The notes under the pieces were generated by a model. That model was not told where the DNA came from. It saw only the letters and a list, made by a program, of their open reading frames with translations, and ran no database searches. From Octopus bimaculoides (taxonomy: Eukaryota), in assembly GCF_001194135.2 (NCBI RefSeq), contig NC_068989.1:85783111-85847110 (forward strand): 64,000 nucleotides of DNA, written 5' to 3'. This document shows, piece after piece, positions 25,267-36,414 of the stretch (positions are counted from its first letter, which is position 1; every line of letters starts with the position of its first letter). Position numbers and translations under genes: made by a program.

Positions 25267-27426
25267 TTACTGTACAGTTTCCTCACTATTATTCGTCTCA
25301 ATCTTTACAGTAGTTAATGCTCGGTTATCTGACCGCTGGTTAGTTAATGCTTGATCAACCGATGGCTGGTTAGCTGGTGACTGGTTATCCAACAGCTGGT
25401 CCCCGACAAGTTGGTCATCAACTGGCTGGTTAGTTACTTGCTGGTGAGCTGCTGGCTGATTAGCTAATGACTGGTTCTTTGTGTGAGTCTGTTTGTGGCG
25501 AGATAAATTGCTATTCTGGGTAAAGGACTTACCACAGACGTCGCAGTAATATGGTGCTCTCTCTGTGTGAGTCAGTATGTGCCGAGCTAAGGTGTCATAA
25601 CGTGCAAATGCTTTGCCACAAAGGTCACACACATATGGCTTAACTCCACTGTGAGTAATTTGATGAGTAGTCAAAGCACCACTTCGTGCAAAACTTTTAC
25701 CGCAAATGTCACAATGGTATGGTTTCTCACCAGTATGCATACGTTTATGATAAACTAATGCATTTCTCTGTGCAAATTTCCTACCACAAAAATCACATTC
25801 AAATGCTTTCTCACCTGTGTGGGTCCGCCTATGACACTTCAACATACTGTTTTGGGCAAACGTTTTCCCACATATATCGCAATGGTAAGGCTTCTCCCCT
25901 GTGTGAATACGTTTATGGCAAATTAGAACACGATTTTGAGAAAAAGCTTTGCCACATACATCACAGGAGAATGGTTTTTCAGTAGAATGTGTTAGTTTGT
26001 GGCCCCGAAATGAACTTTTGTCTGAGAATGTTTTACCACAGATTTCACAAGCGTAGGGCCGCTCCCCGGTATGGATGCGTACATGAATAGATAAATGATT
26101 ATTTCGATAGAAACCTTTGCCACAGATCTCACAACGATAAGGCTTTATACCAGTATGGGTCAGTTTGTGTCTAATCAAATTGTAAATGTTTGAGAAAGCA
26201 TTACCACAAAACTCACAGACGTATGGCTTCTCTGAAGAGTGAGTCACTTGGTGGGTAGATAAACCACCCTTTCGGGAGAATGCTTTGCCACAGATGTCAC
26301 AGTGGTACGGTTTCTCTCCTGTGTGTGTACGCACGTGTGTAGATAAATAGCTGTTTCGAAAGAACCCTTTGCCACAAATTTCGCAACGAAATGGTTTCTC
26401 GCCAGTGTGTGTTAATTTGTGGGTTGTTAGGGACCCGTTTTGTGAAAAGGTTTTGCCACAAATGTCACAGTTGTAAGGTTTCTCACCCGTGTGAATTCGA
26501 CTGTGACGAGATAAATATGTATTTTTTGAGAATTTCTTACCACAAATGTCACAGGCATATGGTTTGACTCCAGTATGAATCATCTGGTGGGTGGCTAATG
26601 AACTGCTATGAGAGAATGTTTTGCCACACACGTCACAATTGTAAGGTCGCTCACCAGTGTGTATGCGTTTGTGAGCAGCCAGTTGGCTGCTCCAGGCAAA
26701 TGTCTTGTTACAAATGTCACAAGTGAATTCCTTCTCTTTATCATGATTATGCTTATGGCGGAGATAAGACCGTTTTAGAGAGAAAGACTTATCGCACATT
26801 TCACAGTGAAATGGTTTCTCTTCAGTGTGGCTTGCTTTGTGCAGAGACAGATCAGAATTTAGTGAAAAAGATTCATTGCAAATGTCACAGGTATAAGGTC
26901 TCTCTGCTGCATGGACACGGAGGTGCTTAGTCAAATGAGCACTCTGAGAGAATGCTTTACCACAAAACTCACAGACAAAGGGTCTCTCCCCAGTGTGAAT
27001 CCGTCTGTGAATGGATAAAGCACTACGATGAGAGAAAGTTTTCTCGCAAACTTTACACTGATGAATCTTCACTTTTGTATTTAGACATTTATGTTGAGTG
27101 ATATCACTTTTAAGAGAAAATGTTTTCCCACATAACTCGCAATGGTTGGTACTTTCCTTTGACTGACTCTCTTTGTTGCTCATGGTCAACTGGACTTCTT
27201 TATACTCACCCAAACTTTCATGGTTGGACTCTTCCTCTTCTGAGTGAATTTCTTTTCCAGTAGACAACTGGCTATTGTGAGAAACAGACTGACTTTCTGT
27301 GTCACAGTTGAATGGTTTCACATCTGAATGTGTCTGTCTGGTGTTATTCTCAGAAAATGCCTCATCCTGATGGAATGGTTTCACATCCAACAGACCCTCA
27401 TCTTGACTGTCCCCACTGTACTCCAT
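25267..27426 (-). CDS. Tandem C2H2 zinc-finger protein (cephalopod-expansion type), 719 aa, 19 C2H2 plus 1 C2HC-type finger
   Basis: Repeated CxxC-12-HxxxH units with TGEKP linkers in one ORF. The track start at 27456 is a TTG. The first ATG, at 27426, has strong Kozak context (GCAACGATGG) and an in-frame TGA upstream. Acceptor ttttattgtag places the exon start at 27638. Confidence 0.95.
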   Translation of the reverse strand: MEYSGDSQDEGLLDVKPFHQDEAFSENNTRQTHSDVKPFNCDTESQSVSHNSQLSTGKEIHSEEEESNHESLGEYKEVQLTMSNKESQSKESTNHCELCGKTFSLKSDITQHKCLNTKVKIHQCKVCEKTFSHRSALSIHRRIHTGERPFVCEFCGKAFSQSAHLTKHLRVHAAERPYTCDICNESFSLNSDLSLHKASHTEEKPFHCEMCDKSFSLKRSYLRHKHNHDKEKEFTCDICNKTFAWSSQLAAHKRIHTGERPYNCDVCGKTFSHSSSLATHQMIHTGVKPYACDICGKKFSKNTYLSRHSRIHTGEKPYNCDICGKTFSQNGSLTTHKLTHTGEKPFRCEICGKGFFRNSYLSTHVRTHTGEKPYHCDICGKAFSRKGGLSTHQVTHSSEKPYVCEFCGNAFSNIYNLIRHKLTHTGIKPYRCEICGKGFYRNNHLSIHVRIHTGERPYACEICGKTFSDKSSFRGHKLTHSTEKPFSCDVCGKAFSQNRVLICHKRIHTGEKPYHCDICGKTFAQNSMLKCHRRTHTGEKAFECDFCGRKFAQRNALVYHKRMHTGEKPYHCDICGKSFARSGALTTHQITHSGVKPYVCDLCGKAFARYDTLARHILTHTERAPYYCDVCGKSFTQNSNLSRHKQTHTKNQSLANQPAAHQQVTNQPVDDQLVGDQLLDNQSPANQPSVDQALTNQRSDNRALTTVKIETNNSEETVQ

Positions 27427-28689
27427 CGTTGCAATGTGAAAATGTTCTTGTTGCAATAAAGACAGTCAATATAAGGGCAGGAGTCAGACAATAAATGCCA
27501 TGTACTTAACAGGTAACATAGTGCTGGAGGATGCAGAGGGAGACAAACGGTCTTGCTATAGCAATTTACTTTCTCAAAAGTCAATAATTCTGTACGTCTG
27601 AGACATTCAGACAACAAACCAGTTTCCCTTGGCAATTACTACAATAAAAAAAGAAATAAAATGTGTCACCGCAAATGAAATTTTATAACATTGGTATTTA
27701 CAACAAAAATAACATCATAAAAATCCTCATTAACAACACTACTACCAGTAAACAATGGAGCTTCTAATATGGTTGCTCAACCTGCAACAAATAACAGCCA
27801 AGATTTCCTCAAAACACACCACGCTGTCTTGAATAAGAAACACATGCATTAATATATTACACAAACATGTGATTTATTAATTACATATTAGTACTTGTAA
27901 TATAATCAGCAATTATATTGTACAATCAGTACACAATAATATAGCTGTACAAATTTCGAGAAAAGTGTGTACACCAACACATATCAAGCAGGTCACCTAT
28001 TCAGCATGCTTTTTCATTACAATATGTGAACAGATAGGTTCCTTAGAAGTAGATCTGTTAGCATAATTAATTTATTATATATTATGCATGTAATATTATT
28101 TTGAAGTCTTTTATTCTTTAACTAGTTTCAGTTATTGGACTGTGACCATGCTGGAGCACTGCATTCAAACATTTTAATTGATTATATGGACTCCAGAAAT
28201 TTATCTGGTTTCATTTTATCTTATTCTTGAGGAAGAAAGATAAAGCAAGGCAGGTGTAAAGGGAAGGTACTGAGACGGAACCAAATACCACTATGTTTTT
28301 CTGCAGAATTCTGACATCTGCTCCATTACACGCACATCCAGCAAGACACCATTGTTTTAACGTCTACCAAATTTCACAATCAAGGCTATGTCTGACTACA
28401 ATCTTTGAAGTGCTACAGTGGTATTGAACCTAGAAGGACATGATTGTGAATTTCTTAACCAGGCTACCATATCTGCACCATGTTATATATTCACGTGTGA
28501 TTTGGGAAATTTGATTTCAAGCTCTACTTTAAAGAAACTCACCCCACACAGAGATAATTTGTCCATACGTACGAAATGAGTTGTGTCAACCATTGCCTTG
28601 AGATAAAATTACACAAATGTTTATAGTAGGAATTGGTGGATTGTATGATCAAACAGACCTATGACCAATTATTGACACTCACAAAGAAA

Positions 28690-29048
28690 TTATCAAACGG
28701 ACTAAATGGATGCTACAAATGGCCCTAAATGTGAAATGGCAGCAACATATGACAAATGAATGCCTTTATGGTGACCTACCAAAAGTTAGCGAGAAGATCA
28801 GGCAAAGATGGCTGCAATCATCTGGCTCCAATCTGAACTGGAAGATCCAAATTAGGGTTGTGGAACCCACTTTATGGTGATGTAAAAAGGGGAAAATGTC
28901 ATCACACATCAACATCTTGATTGCAGACAGTGGCCTGGAAAGTATCCGGGACCTTGAGACAGTGATAGTGGACTGAGAAGTGTAGTGGGTGGACTTTGTT
29001 GCTGCAGCCTGGGTTGGAACCTGGCCACAATAAAATAATAATAATAAT
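28690..29048 (+). mobile_element. RTE-like LINE 3' fragment ending in (TAA)n
   Basis: MLQMALNVKWQQHMTNECLYGDLPKVSEKIRQR relic followed by a (TAA)n tail. Confidence 0.65.
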
Positions 29049-29351
29049 CAGAGTTCTTCTAGCCATGAGTTTCCATTTTTTCCTTCAGCATGTATCTAGG
29101 ACTACATCATCCAATGCAACTTTCTTTTATAAGATGATGTAGTATAATCTGAAGTCAACCAACCATATCGAAATTCCCCCATTATCTCAATGCCTCTGGG
29201 GCTGGTTAAATGCACAGGCATGGCTGTGTAGTAAGAAGTTTGATTCCAACCACACAGTTCCGGGTTAAATCCCACTGTGTGGTACTTAAGGCAACCAAAG
29301 CTTTGTGAGTGGATTTGGTACACAGAAACTGTAAGAAACTTGTTGTGTGTG

Positions 29352-29407
<56 letters not shown>

Positions 29408-29489
29408 AACATACGGGGTGCAATGGGTAAATTGTTGCCATTTCATATTTTTAATTTCACACATGTGCATTGTTTGCTTTTGATTTTGT

Positions 29490-29930
29490 AGACTACATGG
29501 TATAGTAGTGTCAGTTGGGCACCATCTGGGAGAAAAACAGCACCATGATGCAATTCACTCTGCCAGAAATTTGGAAACGACATGCTGTACTGCTTGGCAT
29601 TCGTGCCGGAAGCTCCAATACAGTGGTGGACACACAGAACAACCGTTGGCTTGCCGTGTCCGCAAAATATGTACTTAGAGTGATAAAAATCAAACATCCA
29701 GTCAACATGTTTGGAGTGATCACTAGTTATGGCGATGTTACACCTCCATTCATCTTCCCACACAGCCTCAGACTCAACACAGAGACCTGCATAAAGTGCC
29801 TGGAGGAGGGTGGCTGCCAGAACACCCTTTGTCTGACAACAGGACTCTGCACCATGTCACACAGGCAGGAGAACCCAGTCATGGCTATCAGACAATTTCT
29901 GTGACCACATCACCCCTAACCTCTGGCGAC
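29490..29930 (+). mobile_element. Tc1/mariner-superfamily transposase relic (deletion derivative)
   Basis: KHPVN(I)MFGVITSYGDVTPPFIFPH.LRLNTE and, in shifted frames, QQDSAPCHT...QSW..DNFCDHITPN. Confidence 0.75.
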
Positions 29931-29968
29931 AACATATTCACAGCATCCTGTATTGTATATATATATAA

Positions 29969-30043
<75 letters not shown>

Positions 30044-31796
30044 TATATATCATCATCATCGTTTAACGTCCACTTTCCATGCTAGCATGGGTTGGACGAT
30101 TTGACTGAGGACTGGCAAGTCAGAAGGCTGCACAAGGCTCCAATTTGATCTGGCAGAGTTTCTACAGCTGGATGCCCTTCCTAATGCCAACCACTCTAAG
30201 GGTGTAGTGGGTGCTTTTATGTGCCACCAGCACGAGGGTCAGTCACACGATACTGGCAACGGCCACGCTCAAAAAGGTGTTTTTTACGTACCACCTGCAA
30301 GGGAGCCAGTCCAGCAGCACTGGCAACGACCTCGCTTGAATGATTATCTAACGCGGTATGTATGTGTGGGTCATTGTTTGTCCCCTGCCACCACTTGACA
30401 ACTGGTGTTGGTGTGTTTACACTCCTGTAACTTAACGGTTTGGCAAATGAGATTGAGGCTTAAAAAAAAAAAAAGTAATGGGGTTGATTCATTCTACTAA
30501 AATTTCTTCAAGGCGGTGCCCCAACATGGCCACAGTCTAATGACTGAAACAAGTAAAGGATATCCTTAATCCTTTACAATTTGACAAAATCAGTTTGGCA
30601 TTTGTTACTTTTACTCTTTTCAGACTAATTTGACAACTTTCCTTCAATTCAATGCTGACATTAGTGAGGGGCGGGGGTGGCATAGACAAACATGATGTGA
30701 AGATGGTAAAGACAAGTTCTGCTGATTACATTTTATTTTGTTTTACAAATAAAATAGAAGAAACCGATTTCCCCCACCCATACTACCAGTCGAAATAGAA
30801 ATATACTCTCTACATAATATCTATAGTTATTGTTGTTTCATCCCAGGTCAACTCTAACTGAGCTATCGTCAAAGGCAGTCCAAATGTGACCATCACCTTT
30901 AATAGTATAGCTTATTATATATTCTTTTATATGTTTAAAACACAGGCGACAGGGCACTGTGCCTATAATCCTTTCCAGAGTCGGTGCAACTGGAAGGCAG
31001 ATAGTTATTCTCAAGCCAAAGACCTGGCCCGAATGCTTGCAACAGAGTAGACCAAACCAAATGCAAAGGACCAGCTGTGGTTTTAAAATCATCGAAGGAC
31101 TTAATACCACATTCACAATACTACTTAATGCTACATTCACAACTAGGATGCTTCAGAGTATTAAATCAACCTCACTACTATGTATTTTACAGACGCCAAG
31201 ATGTAAACTTCGGCGAGATTTAAACTGAGAGGGTAAAGGGCCATAACTAAATAATACATGTCAGTTTATTTGATACTCAACGATTCTGTCAATCCAACAC
31301 GGCCCTTCACGTTCTAAGTTTAAATCTCGCCGGAGTCAACTTTTACTTTCAATATTCCGGGGTCGATAGAATAAAGTACCAGTCAAGTAGTGAGACAATA
31401 TTCCTTCAAAGCATTCTAGATGTGAATGAAATTTTAGCAGAAGGCCATGTCCAACATCAGTTGGATGTTTCGAGCTACATCTGTTTAAAGCGGATCTTTT
31501 CGTACAAGTACACCACAACAACGTTACGTTATCCCTCCGTCATCTTAATATCCGTAAGCCTTTTACATCAGAGACATAAACCTTTCGTATTTACACCCAA
31601 TCCCCATATTTTACACAACAGACTTCCTTACAAAACATTAAATATCAGCTGCTTGCAATTTACTTCGTCTTCTTCTCGTCATATAAGCTTTACAGCTGTA
31701 ACAAGGATTAGTTCTATTTTAGGGGTGTATATGCATGTGTGTGTGTGTGTATACACACACGTATATACATATATATAGATATATATATATACATAC

Positions 31797-31830
31797 TTCA
31801 AACAATCATTTTCAAAGCAGCCGCCATGTT
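31797..31830 (-). promoter_or_regulatory. YY1-like element AACATGGCGGC in a candidate non-coding 5' exon of the ZNF gene
   Basis: AACATGGCGGC (31820-31830) is followed about 23 nt downstream by the donor TGAA|gtatgt at 31797, on the same strand as the ZNF acceptor at 27638. Confidence 0.5.
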
Positions 31831-33875
31831 ATGGAGGGGAAGTAACTGTCTGTGACGACTATAATCCTCTTTAATCTGAACGATAAGCCGTTTTCTTCAT
31901 GAAAGCGTTCCTTTGTCTTTGTAATTGTGAGCCAAACCCATGTAAAAAAGAAAACCTTCGGTATTTTTAACATTTACATGAGAACTCTACAGAATATCTG
32001 TGATGCTGCGGCAGATGCGCAAAGAAGAGTAATAAATTGGCATTTGAACAAAAGGCAGACACCGGGTTTCATGTCAGAACAGCAAATATGTCAACAAAAA
32101 TGTAAATAAAACAACGAAATACTTACAGAAAGAACATGAATGGCAATTGAAACCAGCAGATAGGTGTGAATAGATGAAGCAGTTTTTATCTTAATTTAGC
32201 CGATGTATAAGAATATAAAGTAATTTTCTACATTTCTAATTTGAATGAAGTTCCCCTGGGATCTCAGATAATATAAGGATATAATGTCTGGGATGTTTCT
32301 AACTTCAGTAAACAGAAGAAAGCTAATCAGGGGAGTTAACTAGGGTCACATATTAACCGTATACAGATATCAGTTTTATGTTGCATACTAATGTTTAATA
32401 ATTACCTCCCCTCTCACAACAGTCATCCCTTTCATATATATATGTATATACAGAAGCATGTTTGTAAATATATAATGAGATCGTCCTAAGAACGAGACCC
32501 TCGGTGGTTTCTCTTACCAGGAAAGGGGTGTAAGGTCAGATTTATCCCCACCCCAGCCTTTGTTTCTGCCATGCTGAATCTTGAACAAGAAATCGGAAAC
32601 AACTTTGTAAGAATTATTAAAGTAGGTCGGCCGCATCATCATCACTACGAACAACAATTGTAACAGGTTTTGAATATAAAGATTTGTAGCCCGACGCGAA
32701 ATATAGGGAATAAAGGAGATGGCGGGGTTAGTGAAGCTTGCATGAGAAGGATATTGACGATGGAATCAAGCAGCGATCCGGTCAGTTAACACGAGCTAGA
32801 AGCATAGTTCTATACAACAGGCAATGAGTCATAAGCATGTCTGAAGTTAATCCTGACCAAATCTCGATAGAGATACAACCTGACCTTAATCTGTACAGCT
32901 TGATTTATTGTTTATAGATGGTAAATATATCATCTGTAGCATATAGAGGCTACAGTTTGAACTCAAACTGTCCATTTTTTTTTTACACACTGGATTACTG
33001 TATCCGAGGCATCCTGCGAATGTTTAGTCCTTGAGAAAGTGCGCGCGTGCGTGAGAGAGAGAGAGAGAGAGAGNNNNNNNNNNNNNNNNNNNNNNNNNNN
33101 NNNNNNNNNNNNNNNNNNNNNNNNNNNNNNNNNNNNNNNNNNNNNNNNNNNNNNNNNNNNNNNNNNNNNNNNNNNNNNNNNNNNNNNNNNNNNNNNNNNN
33201 NNNNNNNNNNNNNNNNNNNNNNNNNNNNNNNNNNNNNNNNNNNNNNNNNNNNNNNNNNNNNNNNNNNNNNNNNNNTGAAACAGAAAAGATACAATATGTC
33301 ATAATTTTTTGGAATAGCTCTCCCTCAAAGTCTCATACCTCATGGGAAAGGAAAAGAGTATCTCTCTCCCTTTATTTTTCGGCATAAGGGTGGTGCCCCA
33401 GCATAGCTCCAGCCTCTGGCTGAAACTGATAAAAGAATCCTAGTGTCTTATACAATACAAATTACGATTCTAAAAAAACATTTTTGCCTTCACCGTCTCT
33501 CTTAACATGAACAATAAGACATCACAGGACAGCTACTCTAAAACTTCACTTAATAGAGAATATATTCAACTCTTTGAAATAATATATATATATAGCAAGG
33601 AAATATATTTTTCTTCAAAAGACCTATAATTGATCAAAGATCTTCCAACCATGACCATCCTAACTTTTATTAAATTATAAGAAAGACTACATTATCTAAC
33701 ATGTTCCGCCTTTGTGTTTAGTGAGGTCGAAAAGGTAAATATGCCTAAGGCCCTGGTAATATTATAATCTTCTGGTTTCAAATGAGTCATGATAAAGAGC
33801 ATCAAGTAAAATGAAGATACAAGTTGACTGCTACATATATGAAGACATATGGAAAGTAAACATTCTCATGCACAC

Positions 33876-34090
33876 ATGATGGGGTGCTGAAAAGTTCCTG
33901 GCTTTGGGTAAAAGAAACTACAGGAGGATCAGTTATGATTTTATTCAACATATTCTCCTCTCAGATTCACACACCTATTGCAACAGTCCTTCAGTTTTAC
34001 TAAGCACTGTAAAAGAACTTGGAACATTGGGCCTCCAACTAGACCTTTCGTGATAACCTTAAAGCCAGGAACTTTTCAGCACCCCCTCGT
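33876..34090. mobile_element. Mariner-type MITE, copy 1
   Basis: TIRs GGGGTGCTGAAAAGTTCCTGGCTT ... AAGCCAGGAACTTTTCAGCACCCC. Confidence 0.85.
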
Positions 34091-36217
34091 GCATATACAT
34101 ATATGTATACAATAGCCTTCTTTCAGTTTCTGTCTACCAAATCCACTCACAAGGCTTAATTGGCCTGAGGATATAGAAAATACTTGTCCAAGGTGTCACA
34201 CATTGAAAGTGAACTGAAGACCACCGGCTTCTTAACCACAAGTTCTGGAAGATGCACTGGACAATGTTTAATGGCAGTTAGGAATCAAGACACTGTTAGG
34301 TAGCATGAAAGACAATTGTCTGGGATTCTTTCTACTGAATTTCTTACAATTTCAATGTTCACTTGGACTTACCTAATCCCATGTTGTGTTGTTTGTTATT
34401 TTTATATCAGTGGATACATTGCTCAGTGTATTGTTAAAGATGGCAACAGGGAAAGAGATATGGTCATTTGTAGCAGGTTGAATGACAGCAGAAAAGCATC
34501 CATGTTGGTATATGTTATCATCATTTAGCATCTGTTTTCCATACAGATATTGGTTTGATGGTTTGACATAAGCTGGCAAGGCCAGGAGCCACACCAGATT
34601 CCATAGTCTGTTTTGGCTTGCTTTCCCCAGCTGGATACTCTTCCTAACATCAACCACTTTACAGAATGTATTGGGTGCTTTTTACACGGCACCAACACCA
34701 GTGTTTTTTTTGTATGTGGCACCACCATATGCTTTTTACTTGGTACCAGCAGCAGTGCTTTTTAGGTTGCACTAGCAACAGTGGCCCTCAAATGACACAG
34801 CCAGTTTGGCCATATTTGGAAAATATTCTTGAAGATAAAATGGAGATCATTAAAAAATATTAGTTGTGGGAGAGGGTAGTAAAATAAGTCTGTGGAAAGC
34901 TGCTTTTTATTCACTTTCCTCAATTGAATTAGAAATTATTGAAGAAACCAGAACACTATGCTTAGCCTGCATACATCCTAATCAATGGGTAAGATGTCTC
35001 TCAGATTTTAAAAATATTTTCAGTTTACAAAACAGATTTTTGTTATTCTCTCTATTTGCTTCCTGCTCATTTAAAATAATTATTGGTTCAACATTAGAGG
35101 TACCATGTAAAGAGCAACCATGCCAGCACTGCGTAAAAGGCACCTGTGCTGGCGTCACATAAGGAGCACTCGTGCCAGTGCTATGTTAAAAATGGGCCCG
35201 TGCCAAGTGCCATGTTGGCACCACATAACATATCCTGCTGTCACAGAAAAAGCAACTGTGCCAGTGCTATGTAAAAAGCACCCAGTACACTCTGTAAAGT
35301 GGTTGGCATTAGGAAGGGCATCCAGCTGTAGAAACCATGCCAAAATAGACAATTGGAGTCTGGTGCAGCCTTCCGGTTTGCCAGCTCGTATCAATCCGAC
35401 CACGCCAGGCCAGCATGGAAAACAGACGTTAAATAATGATGATTAGAGGGATTTTCAGAAAGTTGATGACAAAAGAAGTGGGGATTGGATGAAGTAGTTA
35501 GCATTGCGAGACCCAGAATAAGTAGAGGAGGTGGAATGCAATTATATGGAAACTGTTCAAGTAACAGTGATGTGACAGTGCATCTGTAAGTTGGAATGTG
35601 TGATGAGTGAGTTCCTGTTAATCAACCAGATAATGTTTTTTTATTTGGTCAAATATTATCATATTATCATGCATGTAATAGCATCCTTATTGTTGGAGCA
35701 ATGCTTTGCTTTAGTCCCACTGAAGCTGTGTACAGTCAAATGTTAGAAGCTTAATTTTGTTCTGGATCTAAAGAAAGCTAATATATACGATACAGTTTTT
35801 TGCTATGTTATGGATGTCAAATCATCAGAGATTGAAATGACTGACTAGCTTTGTAGTTACTAAAGTGGAGGCACATGGCCAAGTGGTTTAGGGAGTTTGG
35901 CTCGTAATTGTAAGGCTGCAGGTTCAATTTCTAGACTACGTGGCACATTATTTCTTTGAGCAAAGCAATTCATTTTATATTGCTGAAGGCTACACTCTAT
36001 AAAGAATGCCAGCCGTTGCTGATGCAGCCCTTTCTCCTTCTATTTCTTATGTTATAAACATTCCACTGGAACAAGGGTGACACTGGTCTTAAAAGAGAGA
36101 AATATCACAAAGGCATGTTATTATAAAATACGTTTTATACATCTTTGGGGTGTAATTTTATAGGTAATATCAACAGGGATAAAGAATTTTGTTCAAGAAC
36201 AATCCTAATTGTCAGAA

Positions 36218-36414
36218 TCACAGTTCTTTTTTAATTTTTTTCACTACAGGTTCACTATCGTCAAGGCTGCTATCATTCCAATCAATGTCATCGGTTAACC
36301 AGTCAAAATCATCATCAAATTCTTTGCTGAAATCTTCAACTTCCTCATGATCTTTTTTAGTAGGAGTGGTTATTTTGAAATGGGATGCAATCTCTGTTTG
36401 GTGACGCTTGGAAT
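36218..36414 (-). CDS. SMARCAL1: SMARCAL1 last coding exon (acidic tail, basic NLS-like end)
   Basis: ttttgcag|AT, phase 1 matches exon 15; [14 protein letters not shown]...KKIKKEL*. Confidence 0.82.

Noticed and set aside
27427-27456. N-terminal extension MQQEHFHIAT in the ORF track
   Set aside because: It starts at TTG; the eukaryotic start is the ATG at 27426.
36218-36235. C-terminal KKEL as an ER-retrieval signal
   Set aside because: There is no signal peptide, the protein is nuclear, and KKIKK fits an NLS better.
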